From IMG/VR virus record IMGVR_UViG_3300047554_000329, positions 28,925-92,924 of that record: a stretch of 64,000 nt of DNA; one strand, given 5' to 3'. The DNA comes from a virus. Shown in pieces: positions 20,793-32,082 of this stretch (positions within the stretch are counted from its first letter, which is position 1; the number at the start of each line of letters is the position of its first letter). The notes under the pieces were generated by a model that saw only the letters and a list, made by a program, of their open reading frames with translations, made no database searches and was not told where the DNA came from. The translations under genes were made by a program, and so were the position numbers.

Positions 20793-23700
20793 ATGTTCAC
20801 TAACTCAACCCTTAAAGCACACCTAGAATCTAGCTCAACAATTAAAACAGAGTCGCTAGTACTCGCTGAGTGGAATCTAAACAATGCAGACAACATAGAA
20901 AAGATTGGTAACTATCGTTTTAGACCAACTCTTTCTACTAAGACAGAAACAAACTTTGGAACGGTAGCATCGACATATGACGCTAACGATAGCCTTGGAG
21001 CATATACAAATGCAACCAATGCAGACATTGTTCTAGATGGTGGATACAATAACGACGGAACAAAGGAAGATTACCTTGTTACCTCAGACCAAAAAATGAA
21101 GTCTTTGTTTTCACTAGAGCAATGCTTTGACAGGTTTAGACCTCGCTCAGGAATCAACAAGATAATGTATTTTGATGGAAGGGTTTTACCACCATTTAGC
21201 CCTGATATGTTTAAAAGACCAAGATACTACTTTGCAGGTAAAGACGATAACTTTAAGTACTGGACTTCAGCAAGAGGAGAGTCCGATGGTTCTAGCACAG
21301 AAAAACAGCGAGGCATCTCAAGAAACTTTAATGGTGCTGGAACATACTACATTGACGACGCAGCACCATTCATAAAATACTCAAATCCAATTTTTACAAA
21401 TAGAATTGTAGTAAAGATGCAAACACACACTAGCGAAATTAATGCTGGTAATTTTATCATTAATGGAGTTTCAACAGCAGACCCATTCTATGAAGGTGCA
21501 AGTGGTCAGAACAAGAAGGTTCCAAAAGTATGGAAAGTCCAATACTTAAATGCTCTAACAAACGTGTGGACAGACGCTTATTCTTTTGACGGAACCTCTT
21601 TGATTGACAGCGACGGATATGTAGAGCTTGCTTATGGAATGACAAATAAGCCAGCAAGTTTTATTTATGTTCAGACACTATCATCTGTAAATGCCTTGCC
21701 AGAAATTTCAGTTGAGGGATATGCCTATCTAGTAAAAGCAAACTCAACAGACCAGGGTGTGTTTTATGTTTGGAATGGAACAGGCTATGACGACTTTGTT
21801 CCTCAGTATGGATGGATACTTCTTTCTACAGAAGACGTATCATCCAGTACGCCATACATTACAGACTTTACAGACCCAGACTACTATGTAGCAGGTGCAG
21901 AAAGAGTCTATCGTGAACTTCAAAGAATTCTTGGCTTAAGAGTTGTTGTTACAACAATGAACACTAATGACTCATCGTTCGACCTAATCGAACTATCTCC
22001 AAGACTTGCTGCAAACATCACAGACATTACAGAATCATTTAGTGCAAAGAAGGTTGCATCAGACTTAGGTCTAAGTGGTTTGCCTGTAGGACAGCTTATT
22101 GCTGGCGGTGGACAGGTAAACATATTTGACTATGACCAATCATTTAACCCAAACAATGCGTATGACTACAGCACGGCTAGTGGAAGCATTGTTGCAACAC
22201 TAAGCACAAAGAATATTCAGTTTAAGCTTTATCAGATTGTCAAAGATGTTTCTGGGGTAGACTACTACGTGCCACAGAAAACACTTTACTCAGACATTTT
22301 CCCAGAGTATAACTCAAAAACAAGACAGATTTCTATTACTACAAGAGACCTCTTCTTTTTACTAGAGTCTAAAGAGTGCAATAACCTGCTAATTACAAAT
22401 GGGTCATTATCATATATTGTTGGCTCTATCCTAGACTCAATTGGATACTCTAATTTTATATTCTACAGAGATAGTTCTGCAAAAGACTTTGTAGTTCCAT
22501 ACTTCTTTGTTGCTCCAAAAACTACTGTTGCCCAGGCTTTGCAGGACCTGGCTAGAGCCAGCCAAACAGCAATGTTCTTCGACGAGTACAACAACTTTGT
22601 TGTTATGTCAAAAGAATACCTTATGCCTGACACGGTTGCAAATGGTGGTAGAGCAACAAACATTACACTTTATGGAACAAAAGACTTTGCCAAGAGCACA
22701 TTAGATGCATATAGCGATGGCATCTATAATAACGAATCTTCTAATCCAACAAACCTAACAAACATTGTAGACATTGCATCTCAGAGCAATGACGTATACA
22801 ATGATGGAAGAATTAGTTATACAACTAGAAACATTCTTAGAGCACCGTCTGACCCACTAGCAGACAATCTTTCAGACAGAGAAATCTCTTGGGTGTATCA
22901 ACCAACAAAACTTTGGGAAATATCGGCAGACACCTTAACAAAAGATAGAGGAAATCAAAGCGAATACACGCTAAACGCTATGCCACTAAACTCAGACTTG
23001 TCAGCAACTGTTCCAACCTATTCTGGTGGAGCTGTAATCAACAACGTAATTGACTTTGGTGAAAACATTTTCTGGCAATCAATGAACAGATACTCTGGAT
23101 ATTTCTACGCAAATGGTGAAATTATTAAATACGATGCAATTCAGTATGACGTTGCTGGAGTTGGCAAGGTATGGATTACAAGCCAGTTAGAATACGAAGA
23201 CTATAAAAACAATCTAGAGTTCTTAGGAAAAATGTATGCAACTGGTCTAGTTAGAATTTACTCAGAGGTAAAAGATAGCGTTGTTGTCAAGCATGGTCGT
23301 GGACAATTTGGAACAACTCCAGTCTATCACTCAGCAAAAACATCTCGCAGTGCTAGTAGCAATCCACAGACAAGAGTTTTTGTAAATGATTGGACAGACC
23401 AGTCGTTCATTACTGGATGTACAATGAACTCAGCATACATCTTTGAAGGGCTAGACTCAATTACAGATGTTACCAATGAGGCATCTGGAACACTAGCATC
23501 ATCTGTAACTGGACGCACAAGCTCTGGTAGAGCAATGTCTGCACAGGTAAGTACTACAATCAAAAACCCATTCATAACTGATAGCAAAGGTGAGGTTGCC
23601 ACTGAAAGAAAAGAACTTGCTCCTCAGACTGTTTCTGCTTCGGCATTGGTTATGAACGGACCAACATTTGCATCTAGCGATGTTGCTCCAAAAGATTTTA

Positions 23701-25187
23701 TTACGTATTCCTATAAAGATTTGGGTAAACCATATCAGCACGTTGGAACAAGAGTAAGAATTATTGGAACAATTAAATCCCAAGAGAGTGGCTCTCAGCT
23801 GGCTTATGGTGCAATGCCATACTTTACGCTTACAGGAGAGGCTGCAGAGCTTCCTACAATTTCTGGTGGTAGTGCAGGGCTAGGCATTATGACTAACCCA
23901 GATACTAATACAGGATACTATTTTGAACTGGTAGCTCTTTCAGAAGATAATGTAAAAGATTACAGCGATGGTAACGTTGCAACAGTATTTTTCTACAAGC
24001 TAAACAGAAAGAGTGGTGAGCTAGCAACAGTAGCATCTATCCCTACAGTTCTTTATAGAGGATTGTACTCAGTACTTACTGACAGCGGAGATTTCTATGG
24101 TGCAGGAACAATACCAACCGATAAAGAGCAGCCAAGAGTTTATGATATTGCTGTAGAGTACCAAAAGATTAGCAATAAGGTTTATAGATTCTATCTTTAT
24201 ATTAACAATAATCTAATTGCTACAGTAGACGACGAGGACTTTTTAGAGGGAACTAATACAAATAAAATTTCTCTTTTTGTTCGTGGAACTTCCAGGGCAA
24301 TGTTTGAAAATGTTTATGCAGTTACACCAGTAAATAGCAAAAAGCCATTTGAACTAATTAAACACAAGACCAACAATCTTTCTAAAACATTTAACTCAGA
24401 TGGAAACTTTTCAAGCTCCGAAAATCTTTCTAGCTATGGAATTAGTGAGCTAATTAAAACAACATTCCTGGGAACATCTAGTACAAACGGACCTGAGTAT
24501 AATTTGTATTATGAAGAGTTTGGAACAATTATGAGAGAGTGTTCATATTTGAACATTAAGTTTGATAAAGCATATCCATCGTTGCTCTCAAAGGTTGTTA
24601 CTCCATTTAGCAATTCAAGCTATACTGTTTCTGGATTTACGTCAACTCCATATGGTGCAGAATTTATCATCTTTAACCACACAGACAAGCCAATATCCAT
24701 TGGGGCTGGAACATTTAATCCACTAACAATTCTTGGACTAACCCTTACAAACGATACCCAAAACGAATTAACGGTTGACGACTACTTTTCAAAACGAAGC
24801 GATTTGTCAGACACAGAGTTCGTATCTGACTCATTGTTTAACAATCCGTCATTGGCTAGAGATGCTTATATTGATGTTAAAAACAGTAGAATAACGTATG
24901 GCAAAAAAGACTTTAGCCTAGACTCTATTTACATTCAAACACATGATGCAGCAAACAATATCATGGGGTGGATAATTAAAAAGATTATGAGACCTAGACG
25001 CTCAGTTGGAGTTGAGGTATTTGGACTACCAATTCTACAACTAGGTGACATTGTTGAGATAGAATATGATGTAGATGGAGTAAACCAGATAGCAGCAGGA
25101 GACACTAGATTTGTGGTATACTCTATTGAAAATAATGTAGATGCAAATGGTCCAACAATGAATGTTTACTTGAGTGAGGTGGTATAG
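20793..25187 (+). CDS. Tail tip/hub protein (large minor tail protein)
   Basis: 1464 aa; LQDLARASQTAMFFDEYN and GLPILQLGDIVEI hub motifs. Confidence 0.75.
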   Translation: MFTNSTLKAHLESSSTIKTESLVLAEWNLNNADNIEKIGNYRFRPTLSTKTETNFGTVASTYDANDSLGAYTNATNADIVLDGGYNNDGTKEDYLVTSDQKMKSLFSLEQCFDRFRPRSGINKIMYFDGRVLPPFSPDMFKRPRYYFAGKDDNFKYWTSARGESDGSSTEKQRGISRNFNGAGTYYIDDAAPFIKYSNPIFTNRIVVKMQTHTSEINAGNFIINGVSTADPFYEGASGQNKKVPKVWKVQYLNALTNVWTDAYSFDGTSLIDSDGYVELAYGMTNKPASFIYVQTLSSVNALPEISVEGYAYLVKANSTDQGVFYVWNGTGYDDFVPQYGWILLSTEDVSSSTPYITDFTDPDYYVAGAERVYRELQRILGLRVVVTTMNTNDSSFDLIELSPRLAANITDITESFSAKKVASDLGLSGLPVGQLIAGGGQVNIFDYDQSFNPNNAYDYSTASGSIVATLSTKNIQFKLYQIVKDVSGVDYYVPQKTLYSDIFPEYNSKTRQISITTRDLFFLLESKECNNLLITNGSLSYIVGSILDSIGYSNFIFYRDSSAKDFVVPYFFVAPKTTVAQALQDLARASQTAMFFDEYNNFVVMSKEYLMPDTVANGGRATNITLYGTKDFAKSTLDAYSDGIYNNESSNPTNLTNIVDIASQSNDVYNDGRISYTTRNILRAPSDPLADNLSDREISWVYQPTKLWEISADTLTKDRGNQSEYTLNAMPLNSDLSATVPTYSGGAVINNVIDFGENIFWQSMNRYSGYFYANGEIIKYDAIQYDVAGVGKVWITSQLEYEDYKNNLEFLGKMYATGLVRIYSEVKDSVVVKHGRGQFGTTPVYHSAKTSRSASSNPQTRVFVNDWTDQSFITGCTMNSAYIFEGLDSITDVTNEASGTLASSVTGRTSSGRAMSAQVSTTIKNPFITDSKGEVATERKELAPQTVSASALVMNGPTFASSDVAPKDFITYSYKDLGKPYQHVGTRVRIIGTIKSQESGSQLAYGAMPYFTLTGEAAELPTISGGSAGLGIMTNPDTNTGYYFELVALSEDNVKDYSDGNVATVFFYKLNRKSGELATVASIPTVLYRGLYSVLTDSGDFYGAGTIPTDKEQPRVYDIAVEYQKISNKVYRFYLYINNNLIATVDDEDFLEGTNTNKISLFVRGTSRAMFENVYAVTPVNSKKPFELIKHKTNNLSKTFNSDGNFSSSENLSSYGISELIKTTFLGTSSTNGPEYNLYYEEFGTIMRECSYLNIKFDKAYPSLLSKVVTPFSNSSYTVSGFTSTPYGAEFIIFNHTDKPISIGAGTFNPLTILGLTLTNDTQNELTVDDYFSKRSDLSDTEFVSDSLFNNPSLARDAYIDVKNSRITYGKKDFSLDSIYIQTHDAANNIMGWIIKKIMRPRRSVGVEVFGLPILQLGDIVEIEYDVDGVNQIAAGDTRFVVYSIENNVDANGPTMNVYLSEVV

Positions 25188-25765
25188 TGCCAAGACTAAC
25201 TAGTTCAATTGACGGTGGAAGCAGCTTTCCATCTAGTCAGCCAATAACATCCAAAATATCAGCAATTCCAGATTTGCCAGAGTCAGCATCTTCTGCACTG
25301 TATTTTATTAGAACAAGCGAACAGGCTAGAGCTATAAAGTCTGCCCCACCAATTCAAGATTTGACTACCGACACAACAATTTTAGACACAAGCAGGGCAC
25401 AGTTTAACAGAGAGTTTGAATACTTTAATGCCAAAGCCTTGTCAACAATTCTTAGAAATGATATGGTAAATGGTCAAACAATTAAGTATAATCCCATCAC
25501 TAACATATCTGACATAAGCCAAAGGTACAATCCAAACAATCTTATTAGTCTTCAGTCAACCCTGCAGTCATATTTTGACGCATTTGAGTTAAACCTGGAT
25601 AAATATATTCCAGTGGCTGCAGAGCCAACAGAAGAGTATACTGCAACTGAGACAAGTGCAGAATATGAGATTGAAGTTTCTTTTGCTGACATATCTGGAA
25701 CAGAAAGGGTAGAAGTAGAATTCTTAGTCATGGACACGGCTTTTAATGATACAATATATACATAA
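25187..25765 (+). CDS. Minor tail protein (putative)
   Basis: Translationally coupled within the tail operon. Confidence 0.5.
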   Translation: MPRLTSSIDGGSSFPSSQPITSKISAIPDLPESASSALYFIRTSEQARAIKSAPPIQDLTTDTTILDTSRAQFNREFEYFNAKALSTILRNDMVNGQTIKYNPITNISDISQRYNPNNLISLQSTLQSYFDAFELNLDKYIPVAAEPTEEYTATETSAEYEIEVSFADISGTERVEVEFLVMDTAFNDTIYT

Positions 25766-26940
25766 TGATTACTGATACTGGAAAATCCATTTTAACAAAA
25801 TATATGCTTGGGCAGACCACAAGCTATGCGTCATACATTGCCCTAGGCTGTGGTGCAAAGCCAATATCTAGCACCTATAACTGGACAACAGATTCAAGCG
25901 GATACAAAGCAGCATTTAAGGCAAAAACCGAAATGGACTTTGAGATGCTAAGAGTTCCAATTATTTCTCGTGGCTATGCAGACGGTCAGCTAGTTTTGAC
26001 AGCAGAGCTTCCAACAACTGAAAGGTATGAGATTTCCGAAATTGGTCTTTATCCAGCAGTTCAGAATCCATCTGCTGGTATAGCAGACAGTAGAAATCTA
26101 TTCACATTTTCGACTACAGAAAAGTGGTATTCACAAGAAGGAACGGCATCTCCACAGGTAGAGCTTACAACAGTCTCCTCAGCACTTGACGAAGAGTCAG
26201 TTGATAACTCAATTAATTTTACTGATGGTGTCTTTACAGAGTCTTCGGCAGCCTTTAGAGCAAGTGCAACGAATGTTCTTTTTTCAAACACTGAAAGAAT
26301 TGGTAGGTATGAACTGCCAAGATTCTTTGACAGTTCAATTTTTGTTCTTGGTAATGGGGTTGCTATGGCAAGCACAGTTGACACAGATGCAGAAGTTTTA
26401 GCTTATAGCGTTCAGGCTACTGACAACTTCATTACACTAGAAAACACTCAAGCTGACCTAACCAGAAACTCACCAGCAGATAAGATTAAGGTTGCTTTAT
26501 CGCTGGTAAATAAAGATGGTGCAGGAACAACAAATCATCCAGACAGAGTAAATGTGATTGTTGACTTTATAGCCTCTAATAATGGCTCTTACGCACGATT
26601 TGGTAAGACAGAAGATGTGAGCGGATACTCTTCTTCAAATAGATACGTTGTGCTATCACAAACATTGGGAGAAATGACAATTACAAATTCTGGCTCTGGC
26701 TTTAAATGGAGAAACGTAAATACTATAAAAGTTTATGTATCTGTTTTTGACGGAGGCTCACTATCTACAAACCACTATGTTTCTTTGGATGCTATTAGAA
26801 TGGAAAATGTTTCGTCCCCAAATCCCCTATATGGTCTTACAGGATATACTGTTATTGAAAATACATCTTCTCAAACATTTGTAAAAGAAAACAACACACA
26901 GGCACTTGTTGAGTTTAGGTTCTCAATGGATGTGGTCTAA
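25765..26940 (+). CDS. Minor tail/fibre-attachment protein
   Basis: N-terminal ITDTGK..YIALGCG..ISEIGLY resembles tail-collar/fibre N-termini. Confidence 0.55.
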   Translation: MITDTGKSILTKYMLGQTTSYASYIALGCGAKPISSTYNWTTDSSGYKAAFKAKTEMDFEMLRVPIISRGYADGQLVLTAELPTTERYEISEIGLYPAVQNPSAGIADSRNLFTFSTTEKWYSQEGTASPQVELTTVSSALDEESVDNSINFTDGVFTESSAAFRASATNVLFSNTERIGRYELPRFFDSSIFVLGNGVAMASTVDTDAEVLAYSVQATDNFITLENTQADLTRNSPADKIKVALSLVNKDGAGTTNHPDRVNVIVDFIASNNGSYARFGKTEDVSGYSSSNRYVVLSQTLGEMTITNSGSGFKWRNVNTIKVYVSVFDGGSLSTNHYVSLDAIRMENVSSPNPLYGLTGYTVIENTSSQTFVKENNTQALVEFRFSMDVV

Positions 26941-27467
26941 TGGTAGACGCATTTCAAAACAACATTAAAAAGATTAGGATTAAGCCAGAAAGCTTGCCAC
27001 CAATCATTGTAACTACTGATGGAACGACTCTTGGTCAATACTATTTTAGATACAGGATTGTTTCAGAAGATGGGACTAGAAAGTCTGCATATTCGCCAGT
27101 ACAGGCGGTAAATGCAAGAGACTTCTCTTCAGTAACTGTAAATCTAAACACGGTATCTGACGGAACAAAGTTTATTTTATCCTGGACAATCCCAGACGTA
27201 TATATGACACAATACGACATTTATGTTGCATGGTCTTCTAACTCTGGCTCTACCTATACCTCATATTCATATATTGGCAGGTCAACAGGAAACAGCTTTG
27301 TTATTGATATTCCAGCAATATATCAGTCAGAGCTTGGAACAAAGATGGCAAAATTTATAATTCAGTTGCCAACAAGTCCACAGGTGCTAAACACAAAAGC
27401 AGAAATCTATGAGTCTTCTGTAGGAGTTTCTACACAAATAACCCCAGTAGACGGTGGAACCGTCTAG
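26940..27467 (+). CDS. Minor tail protein, Fn3/Ig-like
   Basis: YYFRYRIVSEDG..SAYSP and LSWTIP..YDIYV patterns. Confidence 0.5.
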   Translation: MVDAFQNNIKKIRIKPESLPPIIVTTDGTTLGQYYFRYRIVSEDGTRKSAYSPVQAVNARDFSSVTVNLNTVSDGTKFILSWTIPDVYMTQYDIYVAWSSNSGSTYTSYSYIGRSTGNSFVIDIPAIYQSELGTKMAKFIIQLPTSPQVLNTKAEIYESSVGVSTQITPVDGGTV

Positions 27468-27486
27468 CTTATGCTATAATAAAGAC

Positions 27487-27906
27487 ATGACAATTATTCC
27501 AGGACAGCCAATTGACTTGGCAACAATCACGCAAGCTATTAATGACCTTAACGACTTAACAGCAGTTGTAAAGACATCAACCAGTAACTCTATTTATATT
27601 GGTCAGGATGCTGTGTCTGTTCAAAACTCTACATCAAAAATGTCAATGGAGGCAGCCTACGTCAACCTTGACAAAACAGAAACAAAAGCAGACAGTGTTC
27701 CATTTAGACATACCTTTAAGACCAATTTTACAAAGCCACCAGTAGTCACAGCAACTCTATTTGAAAAATCTTCATCAGCAGTTGTTCAGAATCACTCAGT
27801 GGTCATTACCAATATTACAACTCAGGAAATTATTGGTTATGTAAAGTTTGAGGCAAGCGGAAAATTTAATTCATCAATTAATCTTATTGCCATCGGATAC
27901 GTATAA
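27487..27906 (+). CDS. Small tail protein with H-type-lectin-like C-terminus
   Basis: FKTNFTKPPVVTAT..INLIAIG motif; leaderless start after TATAAT. Confidence 0.55.
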   Translation: MTIIPGQPIDLATITQAINDLNDLTAVVKTSTSNSIYIGQDAVSVQNSTSKMSMEAAYVNLDKTETKADSVPFRHTFKTNFTKPPVVTATLFEKSSSAVVQNHSVVITNITTQEIIGYVKFEASGKFNSSINLIAIGYV

Positions 27907-27908
27907 CA

Positions 27909-28436
27909 ATGAGCATGGATAGAGAAGCATATAACAGTGCTCCTGTAATCCCAGGCAGCAAAAAGGTTTGGTTTCTAAATGGAGACCTAGTAAGAATACA
28001 TCACTTAAATCGTTCCAACGGAATTATGTCAGTTTATAATATAAACAAAGATAGACTTGAGAGTTGCCTAGTTACTGACTTTAAGCGTAATCGCAAGAAA
28101 GCATATACTGTTGGAGAGACAGCAACTTTAGTAAATCGTCACAAAAAGTATTTACCTAATCTTATGAAACGTGGGATTATTCCACATCCAACAGGCGGTC
28201 AAAAAGGTGGGGCAACTGGATGGCAGGTCAGAAGCTATTACTCTGAGTTGCAGGTTCACGAAATTCGTGATATACTAGCCACCTACCACATTGGACAGCC
28301 ACGCAAAGATAAGCTGATTACCAATGATATAACTCCTACTAAACAGGAGTTGACAAGGCGTATGGGTGATGGTATACTTACTTATACAAGGACCGAAGAC
28401 GGTCGCTTCATTCCTGTTTGGAACGAAGAAATTTAA
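27909..28436 (+). CDS. MerR-like HTH DNA-binding protein
   Basis: YTVGETATLVNRHKKYL..KRGIIP..RSYYSE pattern. Confidence 0.65.
   Translation: MSMDREAYNSAPVIPGSKKVWFLNGDLVRIHHLNRSNGIMSVYNINKDRLESCLVTDFKRNRKKAYTVGETATLVNRHKKYLPNLMKRGIIPHPTGGQKGGATGWQVRSYYSELQVHEIRDILATYHIGQPRKDKLITNDITPTKQELTRRMGDGILTYTRTEDGRFIPVWNEEI
28350..28378 (+). promoter_or_regulatory. Consensus sigma-A promoter for the replication operon
   Basis: TTGACA-17 nt-TATACT inside the 3' end of the HTH gene. Confidence 0.8.
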
Positions 28437-28453
28437 CGAGAGAGCAGTAGGGT

Positions 28454-28663
28454 ATGAACAACGAAGAAACTAAGGTAACAGTAGGTCTAGGCTATACGCT
28501 TAACCTAGGCAACTTTCAGTCGCTACGCATTGACATTAGCGTAACCGACAACAAGCGTGAGGGTGAAAACACCAATGACGCATTTGAGCGTGTCTACGGA
28601 TTTGTAGAGAAGAAGCTCACAGAAAAGGTAGCAGAAGCACAGTCAGAGACTGACGGTAAATAA
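28454..28663 (+). CDS. Hypothetical protein
   Basis: ORF coupled to the next gene. Confidence 0.65.
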   Translation: MNNEETKVTVGLGYTLNLGNFQSLRIDISVTDNKREGENTNDAFERVYGFVEKKLTEKVAEAQSETDGK

Positions 28664-28971
28664 TGGCTGAACGCAAAGACCGAATGGCTTTGCTTTCTCG
28701 TTACGCAAAGCTTCACACTAAACACTATGAAGAACGAGTAACACTCAACCTTAACGTTGAGCAGTGGGCTGCAGACGCTCTGATTGAATCCTATGGTTTA
28801 CCAGAATGCTATGACCTATTAGAGTATTACTTTTCAGTTAGCCAGACTCCAACTTGGAAATACTTTGCTAACTATGCAGACAAAATTATAGATGCTAGAG
28901 AGCAGCTACAGCAAGACATTAAAGAAAGAGCAGAACGTAGGGCGAAAGCCAAGGAGTGGTTAAATGACTAA
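28663..28971 (+). CDS. Hypothetical protein (possible helicase loader)
   Basis: Overlaps the start of dnaB; function inferred from position only. Confidence 0.5.
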   Translation: MAERKDRMALLSRYAKLHTKHYEERVTLNLNVEQWAADALIESYGLPECYDLLEYYFSVSQTPTWKYFANYADKIIDAREQLQQDIKERAERRAKAKEWLND

Positions 28972-30184
28972 TACAGAATCAAAGCTAATTTCAGCGGTAC
29001 TACAGGATAAGCAGGTTCACGTACTGCTACAAGCAAACGTAGAGAACATTCTTAGAACTCATACTGATATCTGGACATTTGTTCGTAACTATTCTGAGGC
29101 AAATGGCACTGTGCCACCAACCTCATTGGTTGTAGAGAAGTTCCGTGACTTTATTCCTGTAGAGGGTGTTGGGGCTACCAAGTATCACTTAGAAGAACTA
29201 CAGGCAGAGTTTTTGAATGACAGCCTTAAAGATGTTCTACGCTCAACTGCTGCAGAGGTTCAGGCTGGGCAGGGAACTAAGGCACTAGAAGACCTTATTC
29301 AAAAGACCTCAGAGCTAAAGAAGAACACAGCAGTTATTCGTGACATTGATGCAACAGACCTTGACTCAGCAGTAATCTACTTTGAAAACCTAGCAAAGCA
29401 ACAGGCACTAGGTGCTATTGGTATTAAGACTGGCTTGGCTGGTTTTGACAACTATCTACCTGCTGGTATTACTCCAGGTCAGCTAGGCGTATTCCTAGCC
29501 TATCCTGGTATTGGTAAGTCATGGATGGCTCTATACTTTGCTGTACAAGCATGGAAGCAAGGCAAGTCACCACTAATCATCTCTCTAGAAATGTCGGAGA
29601 CAGAAGTCCGTAACCGTGTATTTACAATCATGGGTGAGGGTTTGTGGTCACACAGAAAGATGTCCAATGGTCAGGTAGAGATTGAAGACCTAAAGCGTTG
29701 GCACAAGAAGGAACTTGCTGGCAAGCCAGAGTTCCACATCATCTCTAATGATTCTGGTGGTGAAGTTACTCCATCAGTTATCCGTGGTAAGATTGACCAG
29801 TACAAGCCAGACCTAGTTATTGTGGACTACCTACAGCTTATGTCGCCTAACCAAAAGTCGGATAACGAAACGGTACGCATGAAGAACCTGTCTCGTGAAC
29901 TAAAGCTTATGGCTATTAGCGAAGAGATGCCTATCATTGCTATCTCTTCTGCAACACCTGACGACGTTAACAAGCTTGATACTGTTCCTACACTTGGACA
30001 GACTGCTTGGTCACGTCAGATTGCATACGACGCTGACTGGGTGCTTGCTCTAGGTCGTGCTACCAACTCTGATGTCATTGAGTGTGTGTTCCGTAAGAAC
30101 CGTAATGGTTTTATGGGTGAGTTTATTGTCCAGGCTGACTTTGATAAAGGCTACTACCGATACAAGGACTTTGAAGAAAACTAG
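28964..30184 (+). CDS. dnaB: Replicative DNA helicase
   Basis: Walker A AYPGIGKS, SLEMS, IVDYLQLM, QIAYDAD, KNRNG. Confidence 0.95.
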   Translation: MTNTESKLISAVLQDKQVHVLLQANVENILRTHTDIWTFVRNYSEANGTVPPTSLVVEKFRDFIPVEGVGATKYHLEELQAEFLNDSLKDVLRSTAAEVQAGQGTKALEDLIQKTSELKKNTAVIRDIDATDLDSAVIYFENLAKQQALGAIGIKTGLAGFDNYLPAGITPGQLGVFLAYPGIGKSWMALYFAVQAWKQGKSPLIISLEMSETEVRNRVFTIMGEGLWSHRKMSNGQVEIEDLKRWHKKELAGKPEFHIISNDSGGEVTPSVIRGKIDQYKPDLVIVDYLQLMSPNQKSDNETVRMKNLSRELKLMAISEEMPIIAISSATPDDVNKLDTVPTLGQTAWSRQIAYDADWVLALGRATNSDVIECVFRKNRNGFMGEFIVQADFDKGYYRYKDFEEN

Positions 30185-30196
30185 TTATAATGGAGT

Positions 30197-30538
30197 ATGG
30201 TCAACTTACACCATAAGCCAATTAAACACTTTTTCTTGGATGGTCAAATCCACGATGAAGCAGCTATCGGTAGACTTAAAACTGAATACATCAGACTAGT
30301 CACCGCAGAAATGCGTCTATCTGGATATGTGCCAAGGCTTGACATTGACCCAGATTTTACGATAGAATTTAATAGCAAAACAGAATATTTTACATTTCAA
30401 TTATCAATGTACGGAACATATGTAGGAAGAAGAAAGAGCGAATGGATTACAGGAATAGACGGAACAGTAGCGTATACACGCCAGAACAAATCAAACGAGT
30501 CCTTGCAGGGTCAGGAATCAACGTCGAATCAGAAGTAG
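30197..30538 (+). CDS. Hypothetical protein
   Basis: Preceded by TATAAT; overlaps the primase 5' end by 97 nt. Confidence 0.6.
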   Translation: MVNLHHKPIKHFFLDGQIHDEAAIGRLKTEYIRLVTAEMRLSGYVPRLDIDPDFTIEFNSKTEYFTFQLSMYGTYVGRRKSEWITGIDGTVAYTRQNKSNESLQGQESTSNQK

Positions 30539-31383
30539 ATTCAGACTACATTATCTTCTGCCCATTCCACAATAACCATCGCTCACCTGCTGGAGAAATT
30601 GACAAGCGTTCTGGGTTCTTCTTTTGCTTCTCCTGTCAGCACGTTTGTGACCTAACTGCTTTTGTTATGCATACTTCTAGTCGTACCTACTTTGAGGCGG
30701 TACGCTTTATTAAATCCAAGGAAACAGAGACTGACCTTTCTTATCAAATTAATCAAGCATTGGTGGTCAAGCCAGACTACACACCATACGATGAATTGCA
30801 GATTAAACGACTAAACCAGCAAGCTCTAGACTCTCCTAGAGCATTAAGATACTACTCTGGAAGGCTCATAAACGAGGCTTCAATCCGCAAATTCGACTTG
30901 GGGTATAGTGAGAAGCAAGACATGGTTACAATCCCTGTAGCGTCCCCTGAAGGCGTTTCAGTGGGGTTTGTGGGCAGGTCCGTAGAGGGTAAAGACTTTA
31001 AAAATACACCAGGACTGCCAAAGAGCAAAGTCCTATTTAACCTACACAGAGTAAAAGCATCTAGTAAAGTCTATGTGGTTGAATCATCATTTGATGCAAT
31101 TCGACTTGACCAGTGTGGCTTTCCTGCTGTAGCAACTCTTGGAGCAAACGTATCCAAGATACAAACAGACCTACTTCAAAAGTATTTCAATGAGATATAT
31201 GTCATTGCAGATAACGATGAAGCTGGCGGTAACATGAAAGACAAGCTTATTGAAAGACTTGGCAGCCGTGTTAGCGTTATCAAATTAGATAAACAATATA
31301 AGGATATTGGCGATATGTCAGATGAAGCAATCAAGAATCTTGAGGAATCATTTGACAATACTATCGCTGGTATGCTAAACTAG
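30442..31383 (+). CDS. dnaG: DNA primase
   Basis: CPFH..CFSC zinc finger; GFVGR; TOPRIM VVESSFDA and DNDEAG. Confidence 0.92.
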   Translation: MDYRNRRNSSVYTPEQIKRVLAGSGINVESEVDSDYIIFCPFHNNHRSPAGEIDKRSGFFFCFSCQHVCDLTAFVMHTSSRTYFEAVRFIKSKETETDLSYQINQALVVKPDYTPYDELQIKRLNQQALDSPRALRYYSGRLINEASIRKFDLGYSEKQDMVTIPVASPEGVSVGFVGRSVEGKDFKNTPGLPKSKVLFNLHRVKASSKVYVVESSFDAIRLDQCGFPAVATLGANVSKIQTDLLQKYFNEIYVIADNDEAGGNMKDKLIERLGSRVSVIKLDKQYKDIGDMSDEAIKNLEESFDNTIAGMLN

Positions 31384-31412
31384 TAATCCGCTAAAAACAT
31401 AAGGAGAATATT

Positions 31413-32078
31413 ATGAGCGTAATTAGAGGGCTAAAAGACATCAACGCACTAGTTGACAAGCCAAAGTATGACAGCACCGCAAACGGTGGACAGAAGATTC
31501 GCTGGGTAAAACTAGCTGATGGACAGTCTGCTAAGATTCGTTTTGTTGAAGAGCTAGACAGCGAATCAGCGAACTATAACGAGGGTCGTGGACTTTCGGT
31601 AGTAATCGCAGAACACACCAATCCAAAGGATTACAAGCTTAAGGCAGCCTGTACCATTGACTCAGAGGGTCGTTGCTACGGTTGTGAGATGGCTCGCAAG
31701 GAGCCAAAGTCAGGTTGGCGTTCACGCCTCCGCTTCTACTGCAACGTTATCATTGACGACAGCACAGAAGCACCTTATGTGGCTGTTTGGTCACAGGGTA
31801 TCAGCAAGCAGTCAGCATTCAACACCATTCGTGAGTATGCTCTAGAGACTGGTTCTATCTCAAACCTTGAGTGGAAGATTAAGCGTAACGGTCAGGGAAC
31901 TGAGACCAGCTACACCTTGCTTCCAACCAAGCCAGACTCAGAGCCATATGCCTGGGGAGAGGTTGAAGCATTTGACCTTGAGAAGGTTGTCCGTGAGATT
32001 CCTTACGCAGAGCAGGAGAACTTCTACTTCGGCTTTGGTCAGACCGCTTCGGTAACTTCAAGCAACACCGACTGGTAA
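31413..32078 (+). CDS. Single-stranded DNA-binding protein (gp32-like)
   Basis: KLADGQSAKIRF, C..C..C cluster, KIKRNGQGTETSYTL; position between primase and polymerase. Confidence 0.7.
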   Translation: MSVIRGLKDINALVDKPKYDSTANGGQKIRWVKLADGQSAKIRFVEELDSESANYNEGRGLSVVIAEHTNPKDYKLKAACTIDSEGRCYGCEMARKEPKSGWRSRLRFYCNVIIDDSTEAPYVAVWSQGISKQSAFNTIREYALETGSISNLEWKIKRNGQGTETSYTLLPTKPDSEPYAWGEVEAFDLEKVVREIPYAEQENFYFGFGQTASVTSSNTDW

Positions 32079-32082
32079 AACA